Source: Gnetum montanum
Taxonomy: Eukaryota > Plantae > Gnetophyta
DNA: 64,000 nt
Assembly: GCA_015680685.1 (NCBI GenBank)
Contig: MNCI01000474.1
Location: forward strand, 1 to 64,000
Direction: 5' to 3'
The notes beneath the pieces were generated by a model. That model did no database searches and was not told the origin of the DNA. It saw only the letters and a list, made by a program, of their open reading frames with translations. Position numbers and translations under genes: made by a program. Positions 1-12,534 of this stretch are shown piece after piece (position 1 is the stretch's first letter; every line of letters starts with the position of its first letter).

Positions 1-663
1 GTTTGGGGGTGATATCAAGATTGCTCCAAAGAAGAAGAGAAAGAACAAAAGAGCCCTTCCAAACAAGAAAATGAGGAAAAGGTTGAAGAGAAAGCTCCTC
101 TAGATCAAGGTGAGAGCTCCACCAAACAAGAAGACAACAAGACCGCCTACATCACATCAGAAATATCCTATGAAAAGGTGAAGGAGATGAGGATTTCCAC
201 TAGGGTAACCCTCACAATTCAGTTTCCATCCCAAGAATAGTCCATTGAAGGACTTGATAATGTATAGTTGTTATGTACAGTTTGATTTTCTCCTAGGAAT
301 GAGGTTTTTGTCCCATCTCACCTTATGTTAAATGGGAATTTTCCTCAAAAAAGACTTCTTCTTGAATGTAAAAATTCAATGAAAATTTCAAGATTTTTTT
401 TAGTTTGGGAATGAGGCTGCATAAGTTTATTTAAGTTTTTTTTAAAGGGGCAGAAATGTTGGCACATTTGGCCATTCCATAGAACAGTTGAAATATTTTA
501 TTGGAAGAATCTATGGTTGTAAATGCAAAAGTAAATTTCAGCTTTAGTGTTGAAGGTTGGGTGTTCTTAGGGAAGTAATTCACTGGTGAAGAATTTGAGA
601 TAAAGGTGCCAAATTATCTCTTTATTAAAATCAGAAATTAGTACTATGGCAAGGGAGGAAGTA

Positions 664-1440
664 TGTGATTCATGTGAAATCATTAAGTTGCAGATCCCGA
701 TTGTCAAAACCTGGATATATCCTTGCAAGACAAAATCAAAAATGTAACAAAACTAGCAATGCCTTCATTGTTTTAAGATTATGAAGAAAAAAAGGCAAAT
801 CAACCTCCACCGTATACTACACCTGCTGAAGAGGAAAACAGTGGAGATAAGGAAAATAGCGAAGGTAAAGGAGACCGCGTTGCAGGAAAACACGCAACAC
901 CACTCACCGCGATGTTCACCCTGGCACAGACTCAAAGAAAAATTTTGAAACCCTCATTTACCAAACACGTGAGGAAAGGGGTTATGCCCTGTTAAAACCC
1001 CGATTTGTATTGCAAGCCGTGGCATTTTTTTTTTCTTTCTTTCTTCTCGTGATGCAGGCTACGGATCCGCCGGACAAAGATCTACGAAATATTGGCCCGT
1101 AATTCGGCAAACAGAAAAAAGAGAGAACAAAAAACGCAGGAAGCCCTAAATTAATTTAGGAGGCAAAATAGAAATTGAAACCCTCTGTTTAGGGCACGTT
1201 GTTCTCCTCCAGCGCGTAACGGCAAAATTAGATCGCAGTTGCAGAGCCTTCTTGTGCGGAAGTAGCTTGAATCTGCGATTTTGATGACGCTGCATATTGG
1301 ATCTTGACACAAACATGTGCCGGTTCTTGCAGGTTCTGGGCAGAAATAAGAGAATGACTGTTGCCCTGAAACTATGAGGAAACCTCCACGCGATTTACAA
1401 GGAAGAGAAGGAAAATCGTTTCGCCGTTTCTTTTCCAAAA
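664..1440 (-). pseudogene. Host-gene-like 5' fragment with micro-exons inside the putative LTR
   Basis: CpG-rich, UTR-like 1000-1440. Minus-strand micro-exons 920-908 and 822-805 and an exon starting at 721, separated by GT-AG introns of 85 and 83 nt with pyrimidine tracts. Confidence 0.4.
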
Positions 1441-3099
1441 ATTATTCAATTATTTCTACCGCTCAAGCATATGGTCAAATGGAGTATAAATTAACCAGTA
1501 ATATATACATGTAGATACATATATATTCACAATATGAAGTACTCATCGTATGAAGTATTAGAGACCTGCCATCATTTATCCCAAGTTATGAAATATATTA
1601 TTTACTGCCCATTAAAAATTTGTAATATTGGTTATCCTATTCAATGTCACATTACATTAAAGTTAGCATAAAATGCTCCTCATTTCATGCATGACTTCCT
1701 AACTCCCTAACCACATAACCTTCTCCTAGCTTGTTGGACAAGTAATCTTCTGATTGGTTAGTCAAATTCCTTGAGAGAGAAGTTAGGAGAGATATTTTTG
1801 AGATATTTGGAAATTGTAACTTCCCTATACATCACTTAGAAGACTTGACATCTCATTTTGGAGAAACAAAATACAAGGGATATATATGTATGGAGTAAGT
1901 TGCAACTATAGCTTGTATTCCTAAGTATCTTAAAGATTGTATATTGTAACTACCAAGGCCACTTGTCAACCTCTTTTTCTCTTTGGTGGTTGCAACCACC
2001 CAAAATTGTTGTAACTTACCTAACTTGTTGGGCAAGTAATCTTCCGATTGGTTGGCCAAGTTACTTGGGAGAGAAGTTAGGTGAGATATTTTCAATATAT
2101 AACTTCCCTACCTACCTTGGAACCCTATAAAAAGGCTTCAGGGGTCAAGGAGGAAAAAAAAGGGGGGGGGGGCAATTGAAAAGGAAGGATACTAAGAGTC
2201 TCATATCATCATCACTTGAGCTCTTTCTTGGAGACACTTTGAGTCTTGAGGAAGAGCATTTTGTATAGAAGAAAGTGTGAACGATTGCTTGCAAGATGGC
2301 TTGTTAGAATAAAGATTTCAGCCTCTTTGTCATGGTCCTGTGAGTTATGCATTTCATTTTTTGTTTTGTTTAAATTGCTTAGCTAGTGGTTTAGATAGTA
2401 TCATCCTTGGCAAGTAATTTTGGGATTTTTAGATTGCTCTTATTGTTCTTGTTGCCCAATAGAAATTTCTATTAAAATTTTGTCATAGAAACGCTTGTGT
2501 TTAAAAGCCTTAAGAGCATTTTAGTAGTAAATTTTGTTATTGTGCAACATGTGGGAACTGCTACTGGGATTGTTGTAAGACAGCCTCTGCTTGTAGTCAC
2601 GCCATTGAACAATTCAGTAGTCGAGAGGGTTCAGAAAATCTTTGGTATTTTGATGGGACTAGAATAGCTTCTTTTTATCTTTAAGGTGAATTCCCATGGT
2701 TTTTCAATCAGAAATTGTCAAGTCTTTTAAAGGTTCTATTTGAATGCAATCGTTCACATCTATTATCTAGTCAAAATGGAGTCTCGTACGTGGTAGTTTA
2801 CGCAGATATTTTTGGTAGCATAGTAGGATTGTCTTGAAGATATTGCTTGTTTCAGCCTTGGTAGTTTGAACAATTCGTAGATATTGAATTTGGGATAGCT
2901 TTATTGCGAAGTGTTTACTCGTGTCATTTTACCTTGTTTAAATATTTGAGGTCTACACAAATCTGCTTTCTTTTCTTTTCTACTTATTTCTATCGAATCT
3001 GGCTCTATTTCTAGTTTTCTTGTGGAACTATTTCTCTCTCTGAGGAAAATTAGGAGTAGATTTGTGGAGTTGTGCTCAAATGTTTATGCAAAATTTTAT
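664..3099 (+). mobile_element. Putative 3' LTR of a Gypsy-type retrotransposon; right end lost at a single-N scaffold join
   Basis: Purine tract AAGGGAGGAAGTA (651-663) directly followed by TG; ~70-bp U3-like direct repeat (about 1733-1800 vs 2025-2092); CCCTATAAAAAGG TATA-like motif near 2123; T-rich R/U5-like sequence to the N at 3100. Confidence 0.5.
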
Positions 3100-3100
3100 N

Positions 3101-4009
3101 CTACGAGATGGCGTAGTTGATCCTGCTACGAGTAACCATGGCCTAGACAATGATGTAACAGTGCATAGTATCAACCCATGGTAGCATCCAAGGGTTCATG
3201 AGTTTCCTGCTTCCATCCTTGGATTTGCTTTCATAGGTTGGACACCTAGGAGTATGTTTGATACTTATTGTTAAACAGTTCTAGCATCGTACTCCACCTT
3301 CGAATGGATTCCAGTTCTAAGGACCGGTACCAGCTTTCTGCTTCTTTTACTAGTGTCCTTGGGAGCAACTTTAATTTTTTCCACTCGTTCTCAATTTTCT
3401 GCAAGGCACATGCATTGTGAAATGCTTGTAAGTGGTTCTGAGGATCAACGTTGTATCCCCCCTCAAATCGTGAGATGTTATTCATGTCTAATCTCTTGAT
3501 CCTGCTATCTTTTTGGTGCCTTTTAGGAATTCTTATAGCCTCTGTGATGTCTAACATGCTTCAACTTGCAAGTAGGGGTTCTTCATGGTCATTTCTTTCA
3601 TAGCGTCTGTGATGTCTACGTGGTTTCCTGCTTTCCCTTCTTCCATGTTGTGATTCTCTAGAATGCCCTCGTCCTCATTCTAAACTCTCTTGTCGAGGTC
3701 TCTCATTTTGTTTACCCTTATCCTCACGGTTAGGTTCCTTATGACTACATCATGATGTTGAAAGAGAGGGCGAACGTGACGATGAAGGTGAAGAAGAAGG
3801 AGAACCATCACCATGGCGATGTTTCCTACCTTCTCTTCGATGGTCCTGACCCCAATCATGATGACGATCAGAATGCCTGTCCTTATCATGTGTTTGTGTT
3901 CCCTCGTTCCACACTTGGTGTTCGTGGGGATCAGAACCAGGGTTGTGAATTGTGGAGTGAAGGTTCTGATACACCACCTCCTCACTATCGTTAGGAGGGG
4001 GAACATCAT
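3101..4009 (-). pseudogene. gag: Degenerate Athila-type gag (E1)
   Basis: ORF 3246-3557 RFEGGYNVDPQNHLQAFHNAC...LKLLPRTLVKEAESWYRSL...IRRWSTMLELF (retrotransposon Gag motif); His/Ser-rich N-terminal extension; stops. Confidence 0.85.
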
Positions 4010-4655
4010 TTTGTGGAAAACTTATTAAAGTAGGTTCACCACCCTCAATTTTTGCTTAAGATAGGTGGAGTGTTATGGGGTCCTTTGCCCTTCAAAGATG
4101 TATAGTAACTCTCCTATCGCAAGTCCCATTGACGTTGCGCTTCTGTGGGATGGTAGTCCNCTAGTAACTCTCCTATCACAAGTCCCATTGACGTTGCGCT
4201 TCTGTGGGATGGTAGTCCCTTGTGTCGTAATCACATGCAACATACTCTACATACAATTGTGATATGCCTATTCATGCAAGAGCACGAAGGAGCATGTTGG
4301 GGACTGCTCGGTCTGGACGCAACACTATGTTACCCTCCAAGTCTCTCCAACATAGTTGTTCATCTTGATGGAGAATAAAAGTAAAGTCATGTACATATTA
4401 ATCATGATGAATATATACCACACGGAATTATTGAGGAACTAGCAATTCTTGGTTACGTGTGTTGTGCCGCTGACTATCTCTAGTGTGAGTCCTAGGCAGT
4501 GAAGTGCTTTTGTGCAAAGAAGAAGACATTTTAGTCTTGTTCGGTGTGTTTTTTACCATTATCTTATTTTACTCTTGATCAACCCTAAGGGTTTGTTCTA
4601 GCTCCCAATGATATGAATGATTTCCTATGTTCTACGTAGCGCACTAACAACTAAG

Positions 4656-4673
4656 TCCCCGGCAACGGTGCCA
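4656..4673 (-). promoter_or_regulatory. Primer binding site, tRNA-Asp
   Basis: TGGCACCGTTGCCGGGGA, complementary (1 mismatch) to the plant tRNA-Asp(GUC) 3' end; typical of Athila. Confidence 0.9.
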
Positions 4674-4674
4674 A

Positions 4675-5459
4675 TGATGAGTGGCGAGGTACCCCTACAC
4701 TCAACCATACGAATACGAGTGTCTCATGCGTGATTCGGTCGAACTCCAAGGACTAAGTGCTTACTCACCTTAATGGAACACTTAAGGTTAACTAATCATT
4801 ATCCTCCCAAACTTACTTGTATTGTCACGGTTGTATGGTTAAGTAAGTCTGAGGTATGTGATTTTTATATCTTTTGTCTTTTTAACGCTTATGCTAGTAG
4901 GGAAAGGTGAAGAGAACTAAATAACTAATTTTCATTAACTATTCACTAACTAAGCTTTAATTATATCCTTTCCCACTTGCTGCACACACCCTGACCCAGT
5001 GCAATACTACTGGGATTACCAAACGCTACTCATTACTAGGTTACCATGTGTTACACATGTGCTCAAAGTGGTCGTACTGAATGCACTTACCTAGGAGAGT
5101 CAAGGGTTGAGAGAGATTAATTATTTAGGAAAGCATTTAAACATGTAACAATAATTAAATCCTATTTAGCTTAGTCCATATGCTGCAAGTTTTATCAGAA
5201 AGTTCATCTTTATTTCCGTACACAAATGTGTGCTCAGGTACAATTTACTCGAATAAAGATCTGTTCACTTTGAGACACCTACTACGAGCACATGGAAATT
5301 ATTCTAACTCTGGAATGGTAAAACTACTATAGTTTGGCTAAGGGACTAACTCTAGATGTGTGAACAAGGGAAAGCCACCTCTTATTTATAGACATGGTGA
5401 TGGGCTGTGATATCGCGTACTCGATATTGCAGGGGACGACGTGATATTGCGGCTCATCA
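4675..5459 (-). repeat. 5' LTR of E1 (785 bp)
   Basis: TG..CA termini; GATATC palindrome cluster then TATAAATA near 5389; U5 end GTATGGTTGAGTGTAGGGGTACCTCGCCACTCATCA shared with E2/E3 LTRs. Confidence 0.9.
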
Positions 5460-8400
5460 TATGTTGTCTAATAATTAAACTAATAGTGGAACCTATTGGT
5501 AAAGGTGTTATAACTCTAAAATAATTGCAATATAAGGATAACCAATATAGAGTCCATTCAAAACTTTATAACATAGAATTTCCCACCAAAATAAAACCCA
5601 TAACTTTGTGTTTTCAAATCTAGAGACTTACCACTAGGCTAACTTATTATTTTCACATGATAATAAGACTATGTCATCTATCCTTGCTTCTCCAATTGAT
5701 AATCAATCCTTATTATGAGAATAAAATTATCTTCATCTATATCTATAATATCCTTCCATCCTGTTGCATTATACAATATTTCCTTAATAAGGTTTAGGGT
5801 TTATAGTTTAGGATCTTTTTGCATTTAGGATTATGGGTTACAGGTTATGGATTTAGGTTTTAGGTTTTAGGGTTTATGGTTTAAGCTTTTTAGGATTTAG
5901 TATTTAGGTCTTTTAGGGATTAGGGTGTAGGGCTTATGATTTAGAGTTTAGGGAAGCTAATTTTTATGATTTTCTTATTTTCAAAACTTTGGTGGAATCC
6001 ATTTCATAGCCTAGATATACCTAGGACACCTAGATAATTTTCTGTTAATTGAATTACCAATGATGATGTAGGAATCAAATGCATAGGTTGGAATTTTATT
6101 CTATGTTGTCTAATTATTAAAGAAATTACTACACCTACAAGGGTGTTGGAACCCAATATATATAGTCCAATCAAAACTTTATAACCTAGCATTTGGCACC
6201 ACAATCTAATCCATTACTTTGAGTTTTCAAATCTAAAGTCTTACAACAAGGCTAACACCTCATTGTATGCATATGATAGTAATACTAAGTCATCTATCCA
6301 TGCATCTCCAAATGATAATATGTTCTTATTATGAGAATAAAATTATCTTCATCAATGCCTTTAATATCCTACATCCTACTACATTATAACACATTTTCTC
6401 AATAGGTTTTAAGTTCTACATTTTAGCATTTAGGATTTTTAGAGGTTAGGCATTAGGGATTAGGGATTAGGATTTAGGTTTTAGATTTTAGTATTTAGGG
6501 TTCTTGGGGTTTAGGGATTTTTAGGATATATGATTTTTTAAGGTTTAGGATCTTTAGGATTTGGGTTAGGATATAGGGTTTTAGGGTTCAAGATTTTAGG
6601 AATTAGGATTTTATAGGATATTGGGTTTTCTAGGATTTAAGGTTGAGGGTTTAAGGATTTTTTAGGGCACATAATTTATGGTTTTTAGTGTTTATGATTT
6701 AGATTTAGGATTTAGTGTTCTAGGATTTAGGGATTACGATTCTCAATTTTTATGGTTTATAGCTTTTGATTTCTAAGGATTATGGCTTAGAATTTTTAGG
6801 ATTTAGTGTTTAGGGATTAGGATTTTAATATTTAGGCTTTTTAAGGTTTATTGTATAGGATTTTAGGATTTTTAGAGTTTGCAATTTTTAGGGTTTAGGG
6901 TTTGGGATTTTTAGTGTTTAGTTTTAGGTTATTTATGTTTTAGGATCTAGGGTTTTTAGGACTTTAGGGTTTATGGCTTAGAATTATTAGGGTCTAGTGT
7001 TTTTAGGATTTCTAGAATTGAGGTTGTTAGGTTTATGATTTTTTAGGGTTTAGTGTTTTTAAGGATTAGTATTTAGGTTTTAGGTATCATGGTTTAAGGA
7101 TTTTATGGTTTAACATCTAAGGTTTTAAGACCTTACGTGTTAGGTTTTAGGGATTCTTAAGGTTTAGGTTTTACTATTTTAGGATTTAGAGTTTATGATT
7201 TATGTTTTAGGATTTATTATTTTTTATGATTCAAGGCTTTTTGAGTTTAGGGTTTAGGAATTTTAAGGAAAACAAATTTTTATGATTTCATAATTTTTAA
7301 ATTATTTATGAAACCCATCTCTCAACCTAGATAAACCTAGGAGGCATAGATAACTTTATGTTAATTACATTACCAATGATAATGTAGGAATCAAATGCAC
7401 TGGTTGAAAATTTGTTATATGTTGTCCCATTATTGAACAAAGAACTACACTTACTGGGAGGCATGTTGGAACACTAGAATAATTATAATATATATACATA
7501 CAATATATATAGTTTAATTAGAACTTTATAACTTAGCATTACCCACCAAAATTGCATCCATAACTTTGAGTTTTCAAATATAGAGACTTGCTAATAGGCT
7601 AATGTCTCATTTTTTGTACATGATAGTAAGACCATGTCATCCATCCTTGCATCTCTAATTGATAATGGCTCCTTATTATGACAATAAAATCATCTTCATC
7701 TATGCCCTCAATATCCTTCCATCCTATTACATTATCTAACATTTTCTCAAATGGGTTTCAGTTTTAGGATATAGGATTATTAGAACTAATGATTTAGAGT
7801 TTTTAGGGTATAGGATTTTTCAAGGTTTAAGGTTTATGATTTAATATTTATTGATTAGGGATTAGGTTTTAGGGTTTAAGGTTTTTAAGATCTACAATAT
7901 ATGATTTTCATGGTTTAGTATTTATGGTTTTAATAGTTTAAAGTTTAGATTTTAGGGTTTAAGGTTTAGGATTTTTAAGGGTTTAGGGGTCTTTATAGTT
8001 TAGGCTTTAATGTTTTAAGTGTTTAAGATTTATGATTTTATACGATTTATGATTTTCAAGGATTATGGTTTATGCTTTTTAGTGTTTAGAATTTTTAAAA
8101 ATGTAATTTCTATTATTTGCTAATTTGCAAAACAATTTAATTTTATGTTAATTGCATTACGAATGATGATGTAGAAATCAAGTGTAGAGTTTGAAATTTT
8201 GTTCTATGTTGTCTAATTATTGAAAAAATAATTGTACCTATGGGTGGGGGTATTAGAAGCTTAAAATAATTGTAGTATAAGTACACCATACATATATAGT
8301 CTAATCAAAACTTTATAACGTAGCATTGCCTAGCAAAATCGAATTCATGACTTTGAGTTTTCAAATCTAGAGTCTTACCTCTAGGCTAATACCTATTATT

Positions 8401-9690
8401 TGCACATGATAGTAAGACCACGTTATCTATCCTTACCTCTCCAATTGATAATAGGTTCTTATTATGAGAATAAAATTATCTTCATCTATGCCTTTAATAT
8501 CCTTCCATCCTATTGCATTACATAACATTTTCTTAATAGGTTTTAGGGTCTAATGTGTAGGAGTTTTAGGATTTAGGGTTTATTATTTTAGGATTTAGAG
8601 TTTAGGTTCTAGGGTTTAGGATTTTAGGATTTATAAATTTTTAGGGTTTAGGATTTAGGATTTTAGGATTTATGGATTTTTAGGGTTATGGTTTAGGATT
8701 TTATGATTTATATTTTAGGGTTTTTTAGGATCTAGGTTTTACTAATTTTTTAGGGTTTCGAATTTTTGGGTTTAGTATTTATCATTTTTATGGTCTAAGT
8801 ATTTTAGGATTTAGGGTTTTTTAGTGTTTAGAAAAGCTAATTTTTATGATTTTGTAATTTTCAAAATATTGGTGGAACCCATCTGTTGGCCTAGATAAAC
8901 ATAGAAGGCCTAGATAATTTTATGTTAATTGCATTACTAATGATGATGTAATCAAATAATTACACCTACCAATTTTATGTTAGAACCCTAAAATAATTGT
9001 AATATAAGGACACCCAATATATATAGTCTAATTCAAACTTAATAACTTAGCATTGTCCACCAAAATCATGTCCATTACTTTGAGTTTTCAATTCTAAATT
9101 CTTACAATTAGGCAAACACTTCATTGTTTACATATTACATACAGTAAGACCATGTTATCTATATGTATATCTCCAATTGATAATATGTTCTTATTATAAA
9201 AATAAAATTATCATCATTTATGCCTTCAATATCCTTCTATCCTACTATACTATACAACATTTCATTAATAGGATTTAGGTTTTAGAATGTTTAAGGTTTA
9301 GGCTTGGTAGATTAGGGATTAGGGATTAGGTTTTAAGGTTTAGTGTTTAGGGGTATTAGGATTAAGAGCCTCTTGGATTTTAGGATTTATGGTGTAGGGG
9401 TTTTTAGGATTTAGGGTTTAGGGTTTTTTAGGGTTAAATAGTTTTTAAAGTTTAAGGTTTTATAGGCTTTAGAATTTTTAGGAGTTAGGTTTTAGGATTT
9501 TCTAGGGTTTATGATTTGTGATTTTTTAACATTTAGAATTAGGAATTTTTAGGGTTTAAACTTTTTTAGGTTATAGGATTTAGAATTTCAAATGTAGGAT
9601 TTAGGATTTTTAATTTTAGTGTTTAAGGTTATTAGGATTTATGATTTAGGAATTTAGGGTTTAGGAAATCTAATTTTTATGATTTTCAAT
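5460..9690. repeat. Tandem array: five copies (first truncated) of a ~450-bp conserved block plus a stub, alternating with degenerate telomere-like (TTTAGGG)n tracts
   Basis: Blocks at about 5460-5790 (cut by E1), 5950-6405, 7268-7755, 8100-8540, 8832-9270, stub 9665-9690; intervening TTTAGGG/TTTAGGA/TTTATGG variant tracts of ~160-860 bp. Confidence 0.9.
5950..6375 (-). pseudogene. Two-exon coding cassette of unknown protein (representative array unit)
   Basis: Exon A 6375-6245 (TAG acceptor, GTAAG donor), 110-nt intron, exon B from 6134 (matches ORF 6004-6204 frame); equivalent splice sites recur in the other units. Confidence 0.55.
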
Positions 9691-10424
9691 GATGATTTTA
9701 TGTCAATTTTGAGGACCAAGCACTTCGAAGAGTGGTTGAATAAGTTTCCCAAAATGAAAATTAATTAGCTACAAAAACCACATCCAAATTTCATGTTGTT
9801 CCCTACCCAAACTCAATATATTACAAGTAGAGATAATGCCATCGAATGTCCTCGCACTACCTTTAAGACTTGGAAGATGTTAACTATTTACATTCTCGAT
9901 CTTTTTCAATAACACTGCCATTAACGTGATCCAAGTGTGCACCCTTCAAAAAATTCAATATCCAATTTTGCTTAACAACAATGCTACCATGTCATGGGTT
10001 TTTTACTGAACAAGTATTTGGAAAGTAATTCCATCTATGTTGCTTTGCACATGCTCACTGGTGTACCCACTTCTTTATTGTCTTAAGTTTTAATAGCAGC
10101 TATCAGTCTGGAATGCACCTTCTAGGGTGATTGCAAGTTGCAACCTCTGACAGTTTCAAAGGCAATATCAGCCATAGCAAAGGCACAGGTCAGGTTTTTT
10201 TGTCTAAACATTGTGAAAGATGTTTACATTCTTTCTTTGCTTAGTCAAGACATTCTGCAAAGGCTTTACTTTATTTCATTGTCTCCTCACCTTCTTTGAC
10301 TGGATTAGAAGGACTCTCATCTTGAACATTTGAACCAGGGAAGATAGGCTCCTCATGTAAGTAATAGAACCTTCTTTTTCTAGGTTTCTATTGAGCTATC
10401 TTTGAACTGGATGCTACGTACCTG

Positions 10425-11375
10425 TTGGTTGGAGCACCTTCTCCTAATGCTCGATCCCTTGCAGACCAAGCGATTCTACACCATAGGGATATTAATGATC
10501 TGCAGCAGAGCAATGATGTGGTGCAAGGCGAACTTGAATCTCATGTGGGCAAGATTGAGGCTTTAAATGTATGCTTGTTGTCTCTTGAGGATGAGATCGT
10601 GTTGCTAAAGAAGATCGTTGCAAGATCTTCGCATTGGAGTGGAAAACCCAAAAACTCCAAACTGAAAGTGCCGAAGCCAAAACAATTTGGAGGAAGCCGA
10701 AACGCGAAGGAGTTGGAAAACTTTCTATGGGACATGGAGCAATACTTTTGTGCTGCTCATGTTCCTGGGGACCAGAGGGTCATGATAACAAGCATGTATT
10801 TTATGGAAGATGCAAAGCTCTGGTGGAGGACGCGGCTAGAGAATGATGCAAGTGTCGGTCGCCCTCAAATCACAACGTGGAAGGCGATGAGAAAGGAGTT
10901 GAAGGATCAGTTCCTTCCCCTAAATGCTGCATGGGTAGCACGGGAGTCTCTCAGAAATCTGAGACACACCACTACCTTGCGCGAATACATCAAGGAATTC
11001 AATTATTTGATACTAGACATAAAGAATATGTCTGACGAGGATAGGCTATTTAACTTTCTTTCAGGGTTGGCAGAGCTAAGAAGGCAGAACATGAAAGATC
11101 TGCCAACAGCCATAGCTGCTGCAGATGGGTTGGTTGATTACAAACGGGATAATTCTAAATCCAATTTAGAGCAAAAGAAGTCCCATGAAGAGGGCAAGAA
11201 TGGGGGAAAACAGCATGGAGGCCCGAAAGACAAGAAGGAGGGGATGCCCTCCAAACCCAAGGGAGATGGAGCCTCCCAAGGGAAGAAATTCTCATTTGGG
11301 TGCTTCATTTGTAATGGACCACATCGGGCTCGCGACTGTCTTTCAAGGGAAAAGCTTGTGATCCTCAGACTTTAG
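10425..11375 (+). CDS. gag: Gag (retrotransposon gag domain plus CCHC zinc knuckle), Galadriel-like
   Basis: KVPKPKQFGGSRNAKELENFLWDMEQYF, DAKLWWR, CFICNGPHRARDC. Confidence 0.9.
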   Translation: MVGAPSPNARSLADQAILHHRDINDLQQSNDVVQGELESHVGKIEALNVCLLSLEDEIVLLKKIVARSSHWSGKPKNSKLKVPKPKQFGGSRNAKELENFLWDMEQYFCAAHVPGDQRVMITSMYFMEDAKLWWRTRLENDASVGRPQITTWKAMRKELKDQFLPLNAAWVARESLRNLRHTTTLREYIKEFNYLILDIKNMSDEDRLFNFLSGLAELRRQNMKDLPTAIAAADGLVDYKRDNSKSNLEQKKSHEEGKNGGKQHGGPKDKKEGMPSKPKGDGASQGKKFSFGCFICNGPHRARDCLSREKLVILRL

Positions 11376-11469
11376 GAGGAGTCTGAGGGAGATTGCAGTA
11401 ACACGAGGTGTAATCCGTTACAGTTGCTAAATACCCTTTCTTCCCAAAAGTTTGCTCCACCCAACGAGC

Positions 11470-11800
11470 TAATGTTCGTTGAGGTCGTTCTCAAGGGATA
11501 GAAGGTAACCGCAATGCTAGATATGGGAGTGATGAACAATTTCGCATCCCAGCGGTTGGTGAAGAACCTTGGCTTGCCATCTCCATGAGCCAGAGCAAGG
11601 TCAAGGCCGTGAACTCAAGGGCACAACCAGTTCATGGCATGATTTCTTCTCTTCTCAAAGTTGGTCTCTGGGAGGACATTTGTAATTTTGTTGTCATCTA
11701 TTTAGATGACTTTGAGTTGATTTTGGGCATGGAATTCTTTGTAAGGGTGAAAGCTCTAGTGGCACCACACTTGGGAGGATGTTGATTGCTGATGAAAGGT
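11470..11800 (+). pseudogene. Degenerate aspartic protease
   Basis: MFVEVVLKG*KVTAMLDMG...VKAVNS...LDDFELILGMEFF with stop and frameshift. Confidence 0.8.
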
Positions 11801-12315
11801 AACCTAATTTTATTCCTATCAAATGTAAAGAGCTAAAACCAATGTTTAAATTAGCAACCCAAAGGAACTTGGGGGTAAAACAGGGTGAAGTCACTATGTT
11901 GGGTGCCTTGGTAGAGATCAAGGAGAACTTGATAGTGAACGTTCCCAATTGTGTGGGCAATCTGCAAATGGGATCTACATATGCGATGCCAAGGTCTTAC
12001 CTTTAGGGATGAAGGTAGACCATCGGACAGGGCTAGAACCAAGGGCAAGGTTGCCTACAAGTGTTTCATATCTAGATAAAGGTGGAAATAGGGGTAAGAG
12101 TGCCCGTGAGTGTTTTGTACTGTACGTTCCCCATGGAGTGGGATGAACTGCAAAGGAAGTTGCGAGTGTTGTTGGAGGCTTGCTACCTTCAACTTTTGGA
12201 AGTCCCGTATGGAGAAGTGGTGCTCTCCAGAGAAGCAGGCAAGGTGCCAGAGTACCTTGCAGAGCTCGACATCGATTGGGTTCATCGACTTGGTTAGGAG
12301 AACCAGGTAACGAAT

Positions 12316-12520
12316 TTGCTGAGTCGAACGAAATTCCAAAGAACAACTGAGAGGATTCTTAGCCATCGGATGGAGGGTGCGAGTCGAAGGAATCAATGCA
12401 CTGACTACTTGTTCCAGTGTGAGGATGGTAGTAAAATGGATGCCACATGGGAGCGTGGCGAGGAGTTGATCCAACTCCTATTCAGAGGGACTTCCGATGA
12501 GAACATCGAACTACTCATTC
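12316..12520 (+). pseudogene. Integrase C-terminal chromodomain remnant
   Basis: ERILSHR...DYLFQ...DATWERGEEL, followed by PPT GGTGGGGGTGGG. Confidence 0.75.
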
Positions 12521-12534
12521 GGTGGGGGTGGGTT

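Larger units (their letters stand above)
3101..5459 (-). mobile_element. Athila-type Gypsy element E1, 5' portion (5' LTR, PBS, gag)
   Basis: LTR 5459-4675 with TGATGA...TCATCA ends, PBS, and gag homologous to 26752-27100; cut at N 3100. Confidence 0.9.

Noticed and set aside
4101-4220. ~58-bp direct repeat around a single N
   Set aside because: Likely scaffolding overlap artefact; the same pattern occurs at two other single-N joins.
6060-6300. Alternative frame of the cassette resembling a Ulp1 protease start (NEVLAxWC..FFNN..AFDSY)
   Set aside because: This frame has several stops shared by most copies and no catalytic motifs; the other frame is nearly open.
5790-9665. True telomere or CRISPR-like repeat-spacer array
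   Set aside because: Repeats are highly degenerate and internal, the intervening blocks are homologous to each other, and the context is eukaryotic with no cas genes.
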